Shown here: one piece after another, positions 47,770-58,473 of the stretch
Layout of the letters: every line of letters starts with the position of its first letter
Position numbering within the stretch: the stretch's first letter is position 1
NCBI GenBank assembly: GCA_030654175.1
Contig: JAURXZ010000030.1
Span: 588,502 to 652,501 of the forward strand
Reading direction: 5' to 3'
Source of the DNA: Bacteroidia bacterium
GTDB lineage: Bacteria; Bacteroidota; Bacteroidia; 2-12-FULL-35-15
Length of the DNA stretch: 64,000 nucleotides
The notes under the pieces: generated by a model
Told to the model about the DNA's origin: nothing
The model's input: the letters and a program-made list of their open reading frames with translations, nothing else
Databases searched by the model: none
Translations under genes and position numbers: made by a program

Positions 47770-50700
47770 CTACCTTACCAATGTAACAATACCCCTGTAA
47801 ACATGTTTGCTTCGGTTAAACCCTGTAATTTTAACAACATACACATATACATCTACCTGCGCTATTTCACTGCCGCCATTTATTTTTCCATCCCAGGGTT
47901 TACTGATATCATCGGAAAAGAAAATTAAATTACCCCAACGGTCAAAAATCGTCATCTCGTAGTCTTTAATAAAAATGCCCTGCCCGGAGAACGTTTCATT
48001 TATTCCATCCCCATCCGGTGTAAAAGCATTTGGAATATAAAATACGAAATCGGGTTCGATAATAATAGTTTGATACGCTGTATCAATACAGTTGAATTGA
48101 GTGGATGTAATTAACGTTATTGTATATGTTCCTGTATCAGGGTAGGTATGTGGCAGAGGACCTGACAAAGCAGAAGTGGCTGAACCATCACCAAAATTCC
48201 AGCTCCAAAAATCAGAACCGGCAGATAGATCAGAAATTGAAATAACAGGATCTGTAATAATTGCTGTTTTTGGCTGAACTGTAAAGCTCGCATTAGGATT
48301 AGGATATACTGTAATATAATTATTTTCAGATAAGCTACTAACACAGCCGCTATCTGAGGTGACCGTTAAAGTAACAGTATAAAAAGTTGCAGCAAAAACA
48401 GAATCATTGATGTAACAATGGTCAAAAGATTGTGAATTGCTGATGGAATTTCCATCACCAAGATCCCATGCCCATTTTATATTCAAACCTGATAGTATGG
48501 TTGAAGAATTTAGAAAAGAAATACACAAAGGTTCACAACCAATGGTATCGTTTGCAGCAAAATTTACAACAGGATTAGGATTAATAATACTTGTTTTTGT
48601 TATTGAATCCTTACAACCAAAATTTGAAACGACAAACAATTCCACCGGGTAAGAGCCGGCACCAGGAAAAAGATGGGAGGAGTTTTGATTATTATAAACA
48701 GGGCTGCCATCGCCAAAGTTCCACGACCAGGATTGTAATGTATCAGTGGCAAGGATAGTAGACACGTCATTGAATTGAACAATACTTCCGTCACAAACAT
48801 TTGAAAAGCTGAATTTCGCAACAGGCAAAGCGTGCACTACCACACTCTTTGAAATACTGTTATTACAGCCATTGTTGGTTTTTACAATGAGCAAAACAGT
48901 ATAGGTTCCCGGAATTGCATAAACATGATTTGGATTTTGAATGATACTTATTGGAGTTCCATCACCAAAATTCCAGGACCAGCCAGCATTGCTTCCACTT
49001 GAAACAGTTGATTGATCATTAAAAAATATGGCTTCATTTAAACACACATTGGTAAAACCAAAATTGGCAACTGGCATAGGAAACACTGTAACTGAATCAT
49101 GCAGCGTATCCGGACAACCGAGATTGGATGAATAAGTAATCAATGTTGTTTGGTAATTTCCGGGAACGGCATACAAATGGTGAGGATTCCATACCGTTGT
49201 GTTTAAAGCAGAACCATCACCAAAATTCCACGACCAGCTTGCTGTGCTACCCATTGCAGGACTAAGAGAAGTATTTGTAAATACCGCAGAATCTAATAAA
49301 CAGGTATTGTTTACGGTATAAACGGAGGTTGGGGGATCAAATGTGTTTACCAACAACGTATCTGCCTTAGAACACAGATCAGTAGTTGTGGTTACTAATA
49401 TAACGCTGTATGTTCCGGCAGCAGAATAATAATGATTTGGATTCTGTAAACTGCTTGTAGGGCTCAAATCCCCAAACTTCCATAAATAAGATCCTATCGC
49501 GGTTGAGTTGTCAACCGAGGAGGTATTGGTAAAATATACCGTATCTTTTAAACACACATCATTAGAGGTGAAACTTGCTACCGGATTGTAATAAACCTGC
49601 ACCGATTTTATAATTGTATCAGCACAACCAAAATTGGTGGTGATTATTAAAGTAACAACATAGTTTCCCGGATTTGGGAAGATGTAAGAAGGGCTTGGAC
49701 TATTATTTACAGGGCTGCCATCCCCGAAATCCCAAACCCAGGAGCTGATGGTTCCCGAAGTAGTAGTGGAACTATCCGTAAATTGTGTGGCACTACCATA
49801 ACATTCCTTCGTATAACCGAAAGCGGCACTGGGATTTAAGTTTCTGGTGATAACAATACTTATGGTATCCCTGCAAGAGTCGGCATCCACAACAGTGGCC
49901 AGATAAACCCCTGCTGCTAAGCCTGTGGCAGTGGGACCATATTGAACAGGAGTGGTATTCCAGTAGAATACATAAGGCCCAGTACCACCAAACGCAGTTA
50001 CAGTTGCAGAGCCATTAAGTGCATATGGACAACTTTCATTACTAACAACACCAGGTGAAACCACACCAATTACTCCGGGTTCAATTACCAACGGTGGAAT
50101 TAAACTAATTATAATGGAATCCTGGTAGGCACGGCAAAATGGATCTGTTACAGTATACGTATATGTTCCCGGAGATAAATTGCCAATACTATCAGTTGTT
50201 TGTCCGCCAGGCTGCCATATATAACTATAAGGGGCGATGCCTCCAGTTACCAGAACGCTTGAAGTACCACCATCACAGTCGGCATTTGTTGAAGTTACAG
50301 TAACACTTAATGGTGGCGGTGCTGCACATGAAATGCTAAAACTGCCTAAAAATCCACTTCCACAGGCAAGCAGGTCGCCACTGGATCCTAACATTATATC
50401 GTAAACCGGTCCGGGTGTAGGTATAGTTTCCATATACGTAAGTGCCGAATCGAATTTCACAATACTGTTTGTAGTACCTGCATAAACGTTACCGCATGGA
50501 TCGGTAGATAATCCGCTGCACTGGTAATTAACACCGTTTGGCACTGTTACAGTGTTTATATGGGTTAATGTGCTTTTATTAAATCTTCGAAGGGTAATTC
50601 CATCATATATATAAACATACGGTCCCTGAATAAGCGTACCGTTAAAGCCTTGAAAAACACTTGGAGAGTAGGCAGGATTGAGTGCATACCCGGTACCGGA

Positions 50701-52134
50701 ATAAATTAAAGCGAGCCCGCTGGGTACAACCCCTCCGGGAGTAAAATCCGCATTTGTTTTGCGGAGTTCAGCCGATGGTAAATGCAGAGAATACATATCT
50801 CCATTACAGTCCGTGGCAATTGACCTTGTTTCCTGGTTATATGCGATCTGGTCGCTAACTGCTCCGGTAGCCATGTCGAGCCGGGCAAGGTTATTCCCAC
50901 CGGGATTAACAAAATAACCGCATACTGCAAGAACGGTCTTAGAATAATTAAATGCCAGGCGCCATTCTTCACACAAACCTCCCTGCGACCAAACCTGAAT
51001 ACCTGCAGGATCGAGCTTTTGCCGCTTACCGGAGCAATATCCACCTATAATGTATGTATTACCGGGATTATCAACAGCAATGTCACCCAAAAAAACAGAA
51101 TAGGTAACATAGCTCCACTGCAGCGTTCCTGTAGAGTTATATTTTTCTATGTGGTAATTAGACTGATTGCCATGAATAAATATGTTACCAACAGAATCTT
51201 CCTGAATGTCGAATGCACGATTTAAAGAAGGGTAAGTGGTGGGAGTTAGCCAGGGATCGATGACAATCCCTTCGGAGGAAGAAATGGTTGAGGATGCAAA
51301 TTTTAATTCTACTTTATTTCCATTAACGCTAAATTTTACCGGGATATCCTTGTGTGAAGATGCAGTAAAAGCATTCGGAGCATGGTCGAGAAGCTGCCAT
51401 TCGGAATTTAAACTTTGTGGAGCAAATTTACTTTTGAGATGAAGGTCTCCTTTTTCATCGGTGCTTATTGAATCTAATCCATCCCATTGAAAGGAGATAA
51501 GCGGAAGAGTCACATTGGGCTTCACAATAAATTTATATTTCAGCCCACCTTCTTCGGGCAATTCAAATTCCGCATCCACACCGGGATAAAGATCGATGTA
51601 CTTAATTTTTTTGTAGGCAGGAACAAAATTGTAAAAAGTTTTGTCATCAAATCCGCCATAAAAGTTACTGTAATTATAGTAGTTAGAAACTTTTTGTTCC
51701 GCAACTAATTCTATTGAAGGGCTTGAACTCACCCATTTCATAGTAGCAGTATGCCAGATGGTTTCCACGCTTCTTTCTTCGGGCTCTTTACCAACCTTAA
51801 CTCTATCTTTTTCTTCAATATTTCTTCTTTCAGGAAATTGAAAAACAATGCCATGTGCAGTGAAATAAGCATTAAATTCTTCGTTTTCCACACCATAAAG
51901 GATAGGCTCGGTAAAAGCCATTTTTGTTTCCCTGGCATTTTTGGTGAACTGCCCCTGTTCTTTAATAAAAACCTTATCCTGAAGCGGTTTAATAAGAAGT
52001 TTTTTACCTTTTGTTTGTGCCATCATAAATGGCTGGAAACCGGAAATAAGCAGAAAAACAAATACACATCTTCTCACACCCCTCCATTGGAGATTGAAAC
52101 GACTGTTGTTATATTTAACTTTTAAACTTTTCAT
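47770..52134 (-). CDS. Giant cell-surface protein: N-terminal beta-propeller-like region, Ig-like repeats, about 8 PKD-like repeats, T9SS type B C-terminal sorting domain
   Basis: 1454 aa. PKD modules colinear with the paralogs. C-terminus IIEPDFVFYIPNAFTPDGDGINETF...VTLVR. The stop lies only 14 bp before the start of the downstream paralog. Confidence 0.85.
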   Translation of the reverse strand: MKSLKVKYNNSRFNLQWRGVRRCVFVFLLISGFQPFMMAQTKGKKLLIKPLQDKVFIKEQGQFTKNARETKMAFTEPILYGVENEEFNAYFTAHGIVFQFPERRNIEEKDRVKVGKEPEERSVETIWHTATMKWVSSSPSIELVAEQKVSNYYNYSNFYGGFDDKTFYNFVPAYKKIKYIDLYPGVDAEFELPEEGGLKYKFIVKPNVTLPLISFQWDGLDSISTDEKGDLHLKSKFAPQSLNSEWQLLDHAPNAFTASSHKDIPVKFSVNGNKVELKFASSTISSSEGIVIDPWLTPTTYPSLNRAFDIQEDSVGNIFIHGNQSNYHIEKYNSTGTLQWSYVTYSVFLGDIAVDNPGNTYIIGGYCSGKRQKLDPAGIQVWSQGGLCEEWRLAFNYSKTVLAVCGYFVNPGGNNLARLDMATGAVSDQIAYNQETRSIATDCNGDMYSLHLPSAELRKTNADFTPGGVVPSGLALIYSGTGYALNPAYSPSVFQGFNGTLIQGPYVYIYDGITLRRFNKSTLTHINTVTVPNGVNYQCSGLSTDPCGNVYAGTTNSIVKFDSALTYMETIPTPGPVYDIMLGSSGDLLACGSGFLGSFSISCAAPPPLSVTVTSTNADCDGGTSSVLVTGGIAPYSYIWQPGGQTTDSIGNLSPGTYTYTVTDPFCRAYQDSIIISLIPPLVIEPGVIGVVSPGVVSNESCPYALNGSATVTAFGGTGPYVFYWNTTPVQYGPTATGLAAGVYLATVVDADSCRDTISIVITRNLNPSAAFGYTKECYGSATQFTDSSTTTSGTISSWVWDFGDGSPVNNSPSPSYIFPNPGNYVVTLIITTNFGCADTIIKSVQVYYNPVASFTSNDVCLKDTVYFTNTSSVDNSTAIGSYLWKFGDLSPTSSLQNPNHYYSAAGTYSVILVTTTTDLCSKADTLLVNTFDPPTSVYTVNNTCLLDSAVFTNTSLSPAMGSTASWSWNFGDGSALNTTVWNPHHLYAVPGNYQTTLITYSSNLGCPDTLHDSVTVFPMPVANFGFTNVCLNEAIFFNDQSTVSSGSNAGWSWNFGDGTPISIIQNPNHVYAIPGTYTVLLIVKTNNGCNNSISKSVVVHALPVAKFSFSNVCDGSIVQFNDVSTILATDTLQSWSWNFGDGSPVYNNQNSSHLFPGAGSYPVELFVVSNFGCKDSITKTSIINPNPVVNFAANDTIGCEPLCISFLNSSTILSGLNIKWAWDLGDGNSISNSQSFDHCYINDSVFAATFYTVTLTVTSDSGCVSSLSENNYITVYPNPNASFTVQPKTAIITDPVISISDLSAGSDFWSWNFGDGSATSALSGPLPHTYPDTGTYTITLITSTQFNCIDTAYQTIIIEPDFVFYIPNAFTPDGDGINETFSGQGIFIKDYEMTIFDRWGNLIFFSDDISKPWDGKINGGSEIAQVDVYVYVVKITGFNRSKHVYRGIVTLVR

Positions 52135-52239
52135 TTATTTTTTTAATTCCTTTTCGCATTTCGCGTCCTCCTTTTGAGAGTGTGGGGCAAACAGCGAGTT
52201 TCCGTTTGAACAAATGCGTGTGTGAAGCGAGAGAGGCTT

Positions 52240-55233
52240 TTACTTCACAAGTGTTACAATTCCTTTATAACTGTGGTTTTTATTTTTTAAATCTTTAATC
52301 TCTATCACATAAACATATACATCCTGCAATGCTATATCAGATCCGCGGTTTGCTTTACCATTCCAGGATTTGTTAATATCATCGGAAACGAAGATCGAAT
52401 TCCCCCAACGATCAAATATAGTCATTTTAAATTCTTTTATAAATAGACCTTTCCCCATAAAAGTATCATTCATACCATCACCATCCGGTGAAAAAGAGTT
52501 TGGAATATAAAATACAAATTCAGGATCAATAATGATGGTTTTATAAGCAGTATCTGCACAACCGTATTGAGTGGAAGTGATCAACGTTATGAGATAGGTA
52601 CCGGTATCTGAATAGGTATGAGGAATTGGAAGGCTTGTGGTGAGCGCAGCCGAACCATCACCAAAATCCCAAATCCAATTATCTGCTCCAATGGACAGGT
52701 CTTTAATTGAAATGACAGGATCAATAATAGTTGTTGTGGTTGGGTCAACCGTAAAAATTGCCTCAGGATTTGGGTTTACGGTTATGTAATTACTTTTTGT
52801 AACGGTGGTAACACATCCACTATCCGAAGTTACTGTTAATGTAATATCAAATGTAAGAGGTGAATACACAGAATTGTTTATGTAGCAATGATTTGCATCC
52901 TGTGTACTACTTGTTGAACTTCCATCACCAAAATCCCATATCCGGGAAGCATTAGTCCCGGGGGAGGCAATGGTTGATAAATTTTGAAAATCCACACACA
53001 AGGGCTCACATCCAATTGTATCGCTGGCGGAAAATAATACTGTAGGGTTAGGATTAACAATAACTGTTTTTGTAATGGAATCAGGGCAACCGAAATCGGA
53101 AACAACCAACAGTTGAACTAAGTAAGATCCAGCAGCCGAATAAAGATGTGAAGCATTCTGACTGATGCTGACAGGGCTGCCATCCGCAAAATCCCATGCC
53201 CAGAGTTGTATCACATCATTGGTAGGATTAACGGGAATGGTTGAAGAATTATTAAACTGAACCGTGGTGCCATCGCAAACATTTAAAGAACTAAACAATG
53301 CGGTAGGTAATGGATGTACAACTACACTCTTTACTATTGTATCTTTACAACTGTTGTTGCTTGTTACAATTAATGTAACAGGATAAGTTCCAGAGCTCGC
53401 GTAAATATGACTGGGATCCTGAGCTGTACTTAGCGGAGTGCCATCACCAAAATTCCATGACCTGCCTGCAATACTTCCGGTTGAAACAGTAGATGCATCA
53501 TTGAAAATCATTGCCTGATTTAAACACACATCGGTAAAACTAAAATCAGAAACAGGCATTGGAAACACAGTAATGGAGTCTTTCAGGGTATCCGAACAAC
53601 CCAGATTTGATGAATATGTTATAAGGGTGACCTGATAATTGCCCGGAACTGTGTATAGGTAGCGTGGGTTCCATACCGTTGTATTTAATGCAGAGCCATC
53701 GCCATAATTCCACGACCAGCTTGCAATGGTACCCATTACCGGATTGATGGAGGTATTTGTAAATTTTGCGGAATCAAACAAACAAGTGTTACTAAATAAG
53801 AATGCAGATATTGGAGCATCAAAGGTTTTGACAATTGCACTTGCTGTATCCATACATCCATCGGCACTTGTAGCCAAAAGTAGAACAGGATAAGTTCCTG
53901 CAGAATAATAATGAGCAGGGCTCGCAATGCTGCCATTCGGGCTTCCATCACCAAATGACCATAAATAACTTGCTATTGAGGTTGAGTTATGAATTGTAGA
54001 TGAATTTAAAAAATTCATGGAATCGCCAAAGCAAACACTACTTTGACTGAAAGCCGCCACAGGATTATAATAAACCTGAACCGCCTGTATAACGGTATCA
54101 GAACAACCAACACTATTATTTTCAATTAATTTAACATTATAACTACCTGCATTTGCGTAGGTGTGGCTAGGGTTTATCGTAGTACTTACCGGACTGCTAT
54201 CACCGAAATCCCAGGATCTTGAAGTAAGAGTTCCGGTAGTATTGGTGGTATTGTTGGTAAATTGTGTTGCATTGCCATGGCATACAGTGGTATTGCTGAA
54301 AGCAGCATCCGGAGAACCATTGAATATTAATTGTACAAAACCATCTCCGCCTTTAGTGGAGCCATTCCCTCCATCTGCAACTCCGGGTGGGAGGTCCGGG
54401 TCGCTGCCATTGCCTGCAGTTTGGCCACTTCCATTGATGATAATTGTATTAATTCCTGAGGAAAAACTGTTTCCACCTCCACCACCACAAGCTCCGCAAT
54501 CGCAACCTGTTGCCACTCCGCCACCGGTACCGCCATCATATCCACCGCCACCGGCACCACCACCACCACCATCTCCACTTTTACTTGTTCCCTGACTTCC
54601 ATTTCCACTACCACTTCCCCCTGCCACGCCTGCGGATGAACAAGAGCCCGGTGATATATTTCCATTTTCTCCGCCACCACCGCCTATTGCTCCGCTGCTA
54701 TGCTGTCCACCTCCACTTCCACCACCTCCGGCACCTGCAACCAACAATGCTGTAGCGCCATTAAAAATAGCCGAGGCACCACCACCACCACCACCACCAC
54801 CGGAACAGCCTGAGCCGCCTGCATTACCACCAGATCCACCGCCAACAACACCATTACCCCAGCCACCTGTTCCACCGGGTGCATTTCCTGCACATTGCCC
54901 TCCGGGTCCCGCTCCCCCTCCAACTATTATCGTTAATATTTGCCCCGCTGTAACAGCGATATCGCTTTTTACATAAGCTCCGCCACCACCAACAGCACCT
55001 TGGTAACTGTCATTACCACCACCACTTCCTCCGGCAGCCCAGGCCTTAACATGGATGGTATCCACACAAAAAGGTACGGTAAAGGTTTGAACAGCACCAG
55101 TATAAGAAAATGATTGAGTTACCTGTGAATTACCTGTAAAGGAGAAAATAAATGACAACACAAAAACAGCTATCATATGCTGAAATTGTGGGAAATGGAA
55201 AAACGCTTTTTTAGACCGTAAAAATTTGTTCAT
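52240..55233 (-). CDS. Giant cell-surface protein: glycine-rich N-terminal domain, about 8 PKD-like repeats, T9SS type B C-terminal sorting domain
   Basis: Gly-rich region of about 250 aa (GGSGGGN...GGGGGGGG). PKD modules. C-terminus IIDPEFVFYIPNSFSPDGDGMNDTF...VTLVK. Confidence 0.85.
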   Translation of the reverse strand: MNKFLRSKKAFFHFPQFQHMIAVFVLSFIFSFTGNSQVTQSFSYTGAVQTFTVPFCVDTIHVKAWAAGGSGGGNDSYQGAVGGGGAYVKSDIAVTAGQILTIIVGGGAGPGGQCAGNAPGGTGGWGNGVVGGGSGGNAGGSGCSGGGGGGGGASAIFNGATALLVAGAGGGGSGGGQHSSGAIGGGGGENGNISPGSCSSAGVAGGSGSGNGSQGTSKSGDGGGGGAGGGGYDGGTGGGVATGCDCGACGGGGGNSFSSGINTIIINGSGQTAGNGSDPDLPPGVADGGNGSTKGGDGFVQLIFNGSPDAAFSNTTVCHGNATQFTNNTTNTTGTLTSRSWDFGDSSPVSTTINPSHTYANAGSYNVKLIENNSVGCSDTVIQAVQVYYNPVAAFSQSSVCFGDSMNFLNSSTIHNSTSIASYLWSFGDGSPNGSIASPAHYYSAGTYPVLLLATSADGCMDTASAIVKTFDAPISAFLFSNTCLFDSAKFTNTSINPVMGTIASWSWNYGDGSALNTTVWNPRYLYTVPGNYQVTLITYSSNLGCSDTLKDSITVFPMPVSDFSFTDVCLNQAMIFNDASTVSTGSIAGRSWNFGDGTPLSTAQDPSHIYASSGTYPVTLIVTSNNSCKDTIVKSVVVHPLPTALFSSLNVCDGTTVQFNNSSTIPVNPTNDVIQLWAWDFADGSPVSISQNASHLYSAAGSYLVQLLVVSDFGCPDSITKTVIVNPNPTVLFSASDTIGCEPLCVDFQNLSTIASPGTNASRIWDFGDGSSTSSTQDANHCYINNSVYSPLTFDITLTVTSDSGCVTTVTKSNYITVNPNPEAIFTVDPTTTTIIDPVISIKDLSIGADNWIWDFGDGSAALTTSLPIPHTYSDTGTYLITLITSTQYGCADTAYKTIIIDPEFVFYIPNSFSPDGDGMNDTFMGKGLFIKEFKMTIFDRWGNSIFVSDDINKSWNGKANRGSDIALQDVYVYVIEIKDLKNKNHSYKGIVTLVK

Positions 55234-55463
55234 GATTGTTTTTTAAATTCGCCTCTTCCAAAATATTTTTTGTAACGCTAAACACCTAAACAAATTTAAC
55301 TGTTTTAACATTATAAAGATGCACATTTTGTTAGAAACGTTGCATCATTACTAAATAATTACGAGATGTGAATTTATGATCCTGGTTCAATTGTTAAAAA
55401 ATGAAGAACATGCCTAAATATGAGTAATTAAAAGCAATAAAAAGATGATGAAAATCAGGAAAT

Positions 55464-55967
55464 CTATTTGGCCTGTTTGTACAAGGGAACTGTGGAGCAA
55501 GCTTCGCCATACATGATGCTTTTTGCAACGGGGCGCAAAAGCCTGGCTATTTCAACGTATGCGGCTTTTGGAACGGGCAGGTGACCGCAACCTTTGATCA
55601 CGATACGGGCATCTTTATAATCGTTTATATTCAGTTTGCCAAGGATCTCACTATATAAAATCGTTTCAAGAATTTCAAGGTTCCCAAAAACAACTTTTTT
55701 TACATAAGGCTCTAATTGTGTTGCCAGCAGCATATATGCCCAGGTAGGAACAATGGCATCGGCAGAACAAATTAGGGCAACATATTTATTTTTGTATTTA
55801 GTCCAATCTTCATTTTTTACAAATTCACGAAAATCTTTTTCACGTAAAATCAATCCTTGAAAAAGCAAATCCTTAATATCAAATAATACACGCTCTCCCT
55901 GAGGATAAAACTCTTCAAGATCAATTGTGACAATACCACTTAGGGCTACTTTATTTATTATTTCCAT
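55464..55967 (-). CDS. DUF2480-like protein (Bacteroidota-specific, found next to suf genes)
   Basis: 167-aa ORF directly downstream of sufT, sufE and sufS. The family assignment comes from recalled similarity and is tentative. Confidence 0.45.
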   Translation of the reverse strand: MEIINKVALSGIVTIDLEEFYPQGERVLFDIKDLLFQGLILREKDFREFVKNEDWTKYKNKYVALICSADAIVPTWAYMLLATQLEPYVKKVVFGNLEILETILYSEILGKLNINDYKDARIVIKGCGHLPVPKAAYVEIARLLRPVAKSIMYGEACSTVPLYKQAK

Positions 55968-55969
55968 AT

Positions 55970-56056
55970 AGATGTGAGATTTGAGACATTAGATTTGAGA
56001 TACCAGATGATCTGAAAACAATTTGTCTCAATTCTCATATCTAGCATCTCACATCT
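55970..56056. repeat. Structured intergenic repeat (family B, copy 2): long imperfect palindrome with perfect 11-bp arms AGATGTGAGAT/ATCTCACATCT and inner TTGAGACA/TGTCTCAA; contains AGATTTGAGATA
   Basis: Arms at 55970-55980 and 56046-56056. The centre lies near 56008 (CAGATGATCTG). Confidence 0.55.
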
Positions 56057-56060
56057 TTCT

Positions 56061-56390
56061 TTACATAAACCCTAATTCTAGTTGCGCCACTTCACTCATC
56101 ATTTCTTTTTCCCAGCTAGGCTCAAACGTTAATTCAATTTTTGCTGAACGGATCCCTTCTACTTCGCGCAATTTATCTTCCACCTCAGGAGGTAATGTTT
56201 CCGCAACCGGACAAGATGGTGATGTCAAGGTCATCTTTACATTCAGGTTATTTTCTTCATCTATATTAATTTCATAGATCAAGCCAAGTTCCCAAATATC
56301 AACCGGAATTTCCGGATCATAACAGGTTTTGATCGTGTCAATAACACGTTGTGCAAGAGGTGTATCGTGTGTGTTTATTATTGCCGGCAT
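56061..56390 (-). CDS. sufT: Fe-S cluster assembly protein SufT (DUF59/MIP18 family)
   Basis: The VIDTIKTCYDPEIPVDIWELGLIY...LTSPSCPVAE block matches DUF59. Confidence 0.8.
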   Translation of the reverse strand: MPAIINTHDTPLAQRVIDTIKTCYDPEIPVDIWELGLIYEINIDEENNLNVKMTLTSPSCPVAETLPPEVEDKLREVEGIRSAKIELTFEPSWEKEMMSEVAQLELGFM

Positions 56391-56493
56391 TTTTTAAAAA
56401 TAAGTTTAAAGTTTTAAAGTTAAAAGTCAAAAAGAAAAAGGATAAGTTACAGATCAAAAGAAAAACATTAAAATTTTTGACTTTTGCCTTTCT

Positions 56494-56937
56494 TTAACTT
56501 TTGACTTTATAAGCTATTGCATCTAATTTCATTTGTTTTATCATGCTCACCAAACCATTGCTACGTGTAGGTGACAGGTGTTTGGTCAATCCGATTTTTT
56601 CCACGAAATCTAATTTAGCATTAATGATCTCATCTGGTGTGTGGTTTGATAAAACACGAATCATTAACGCTACCATTCCTTTTGTAATAATTGCATCACT
56701 GTCGGCTGTAAAAACAACTTTTCCATTGATAAGTTCTGAATGCATCCAAACCTGACTTTGGCATCCTTTGATGATCTTATCTTCGGTCTTGTATTTCTCA
56801 TTGATCAATGGCAAAGATTTTCCCAGATCGATGAGGTATTCGTACTTCCCCATCCAATCATCAAAAATTTCAAACTCTTCTATGATTTCTTTTTCTGTGT
56901 CTTCTATTCTCATTGTTTCTTTTACCGCTAAGGGCAT
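56494..56937 (-). CDS. sufE: Cysteine desulfuration protein SufE
   Basis: IIKGCQSQVWM active-site Cys motif; about 147 aa, the expected SufE length. Confidence 0.8.
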   Translation of the reverse strand: MPLAVKETMRIEDTEKEIIEEFEIFDDWMGKYEYLIDLGKSLPLINEKYKTEDKIIKGCQSQVWMHSELINGKVVFTADSDAIITKGMVALMIRVLSNHTPDEIINAKLDFVEKIGLTKHLSPTRSNGLVSMIKQMKLDAIAYKVKS

Positions 56938-56953
56938 TTCAGATTCACTGAAA

Positions 56954-58201
56954 TTATTTTAACATTGAAATTGCTTTTTGCAATCCTGTAATAAAAATAT
57001 TGATCTCTTCTTTTGTATTATAAAATGCAAATGAAACTCGAATAGTTCCCGGCACACAATAGAACGCCATCAAAGGTTGTGTGCAATGATGACCTGTCCG
57101 GACTGCAATGCCAAGCTGATCCAAAATGGTTCCAATATCAAATGGATGTAAACCCTTCACTACAAATGAAATTACACTTGCTTTATTTTTTGCTGTTCCG
57201 ATAATTTTCAACCCTTCTATTTTTTGTAGCGCATCAGTTGCGTAGAGCAGTAATTCATGTTCGTATTCTGCAATAGTATCTAATCCAATAGTGTTAATAT
57301 AATCGATGGCAACTGCAAGTCCTATTCCGCCTTCAATATGAGGTGTGCCGGCTTCAAATTTTAATGGAAGGTCGGCATATTCTGTTTTTTCAAATGAAAC
57401 TGTTTTTATAGTTCCACCGCCAACCTGATAAGGAGGCATTTCATTCAACCATTTTTCTTTTCCGTAAAGTATTCCAACACCGGTAGGGCCAAATAATTTA
57501 TGTCCGCTGAAACAATAAAAATCACAACCCAATGCCTGCACATCCACCGATGTATGAGGTACAGCCTGTGCACCATCCACCAAAACCGGGATGTTTTTTG
57601 CATGTGCCAGTGCAATAATTTCTTCAATAGGATTAATGGTTCCAAGTGTATTGGAAATATGGGTGATCGCAACAATTTTTGTTTTTTCGTTCAGTAATCT
57701 TTTATAATCGGAAATTATTAATTCTCCTGCATCATTGATCGGAATTACCTTTAATACTGCGCCTTTTTCTTCACACAATTGCTGCCATGGCAAAATATTG
57801 GAATGGTGTTCCATTGCTGAAATTAAAATTTCATCCCCTTCTGAAATATATTTTTTACCAAATGAACTTGCGACTAGATTAATAGAATCGGTAGTGCCTT
57901 TGGTGAAAATAATTTCATGTGAGTGCTTGGCATTCAAATGGTTTTGAATGGTGGAACGGGCATTTTCGTATGCAACAGTAATTTCCTGACTTAAGGTATG
58001 AACGCCACGATGGATATTCGCGTTTTGATTTGTATAATAATTTGTAAGGGAATCAATTACCGATCGAGGCTTTTGCGAGGTTGCTCCATTATCAAAATAG
58101 ATCAAAGGCCTTCCATTTACTTTACGGGAAAGTATTGGAAAATCGGCACGGATCTTTTCAATATCAATGCTTGTTTTGTATATCGTTTTTGGTGCTGTCA
58201 T
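56954..58201 (-). CDS. sufS: Cysteine desulfurase SufS (class II aminotransferase V)
   Basis: PLP-lysine region FSGHKLFGPTGVGILYGK. Active-site cysteine loop RTGHHCTQPL. 415 aa. Confidence 0.9.
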   Translation of the reverse strand: MTAPKTIYKTSIDIEKIRADFPILSRKVNGRPLIYFDNGATSQKPRSVIDSLTNYYTNQNANIHRGVHTLSQEITVAYENARSTIQNHLNAKHSHEIIFTKGTTDSINLVASSFGKKYISEGDEILISAMEHHSNILPWQQLCEEKGAVLKVIPINDAGELIISDYKRLLNEKTKIVAITHISNTLGTINPIEEIIALAHAKNIPVLVDGAQAVPHTSVDVQALGCDFYCFSGHKLFGPTGVGILYGKEKWLNEMPPYQVGGGTIKTVSFEKTEYADLPLKFEAGTPHIEGGIGLAVAIDYINTIGLDTIAEYEHELLLYATDALQKIEGLKIIGTAKNKASVISFVVKGLHPFDIGTILDQLGIAVRTGHHCTQPLMAFYCVPGTIRVSFAFYNTKEEINIFITGLQKAISMLK

Positions 58202-58473
58202 GAATACAAGTACAAAGTTAAGAATAATTCTAAATAGAAGCGTCTTTTATTGAATTTAAAGTGTTTCAAAGGACATTTTTTTAGAAATATTGTCACTTTT
58301 ATCAGCTTTTGATTCTCCGTAAAATTTTTATGACCCGGCCAATTATATAATAGAATCAAAAGATATTTATACTCCTTTGGCTATCTATAATAGTGTTTGG
58401 ACGAAACCTTTATATTAAATTGTGGAAGAAAGATTAGTTTTCTTATCATTATAAGGTAAATCAGTAATTAAAC

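Noticed and set aside
54161-54923. Pro-rich and His-rich ORFs (54161-54595 +, 54510-54755 +, 54327-54680 -, 54684-54923 -) within the 52240-55233 gene
   Set aside because: They are artefacts of the glycine-rich (GGN-repeat) coding region read on the other strand or in another frame.
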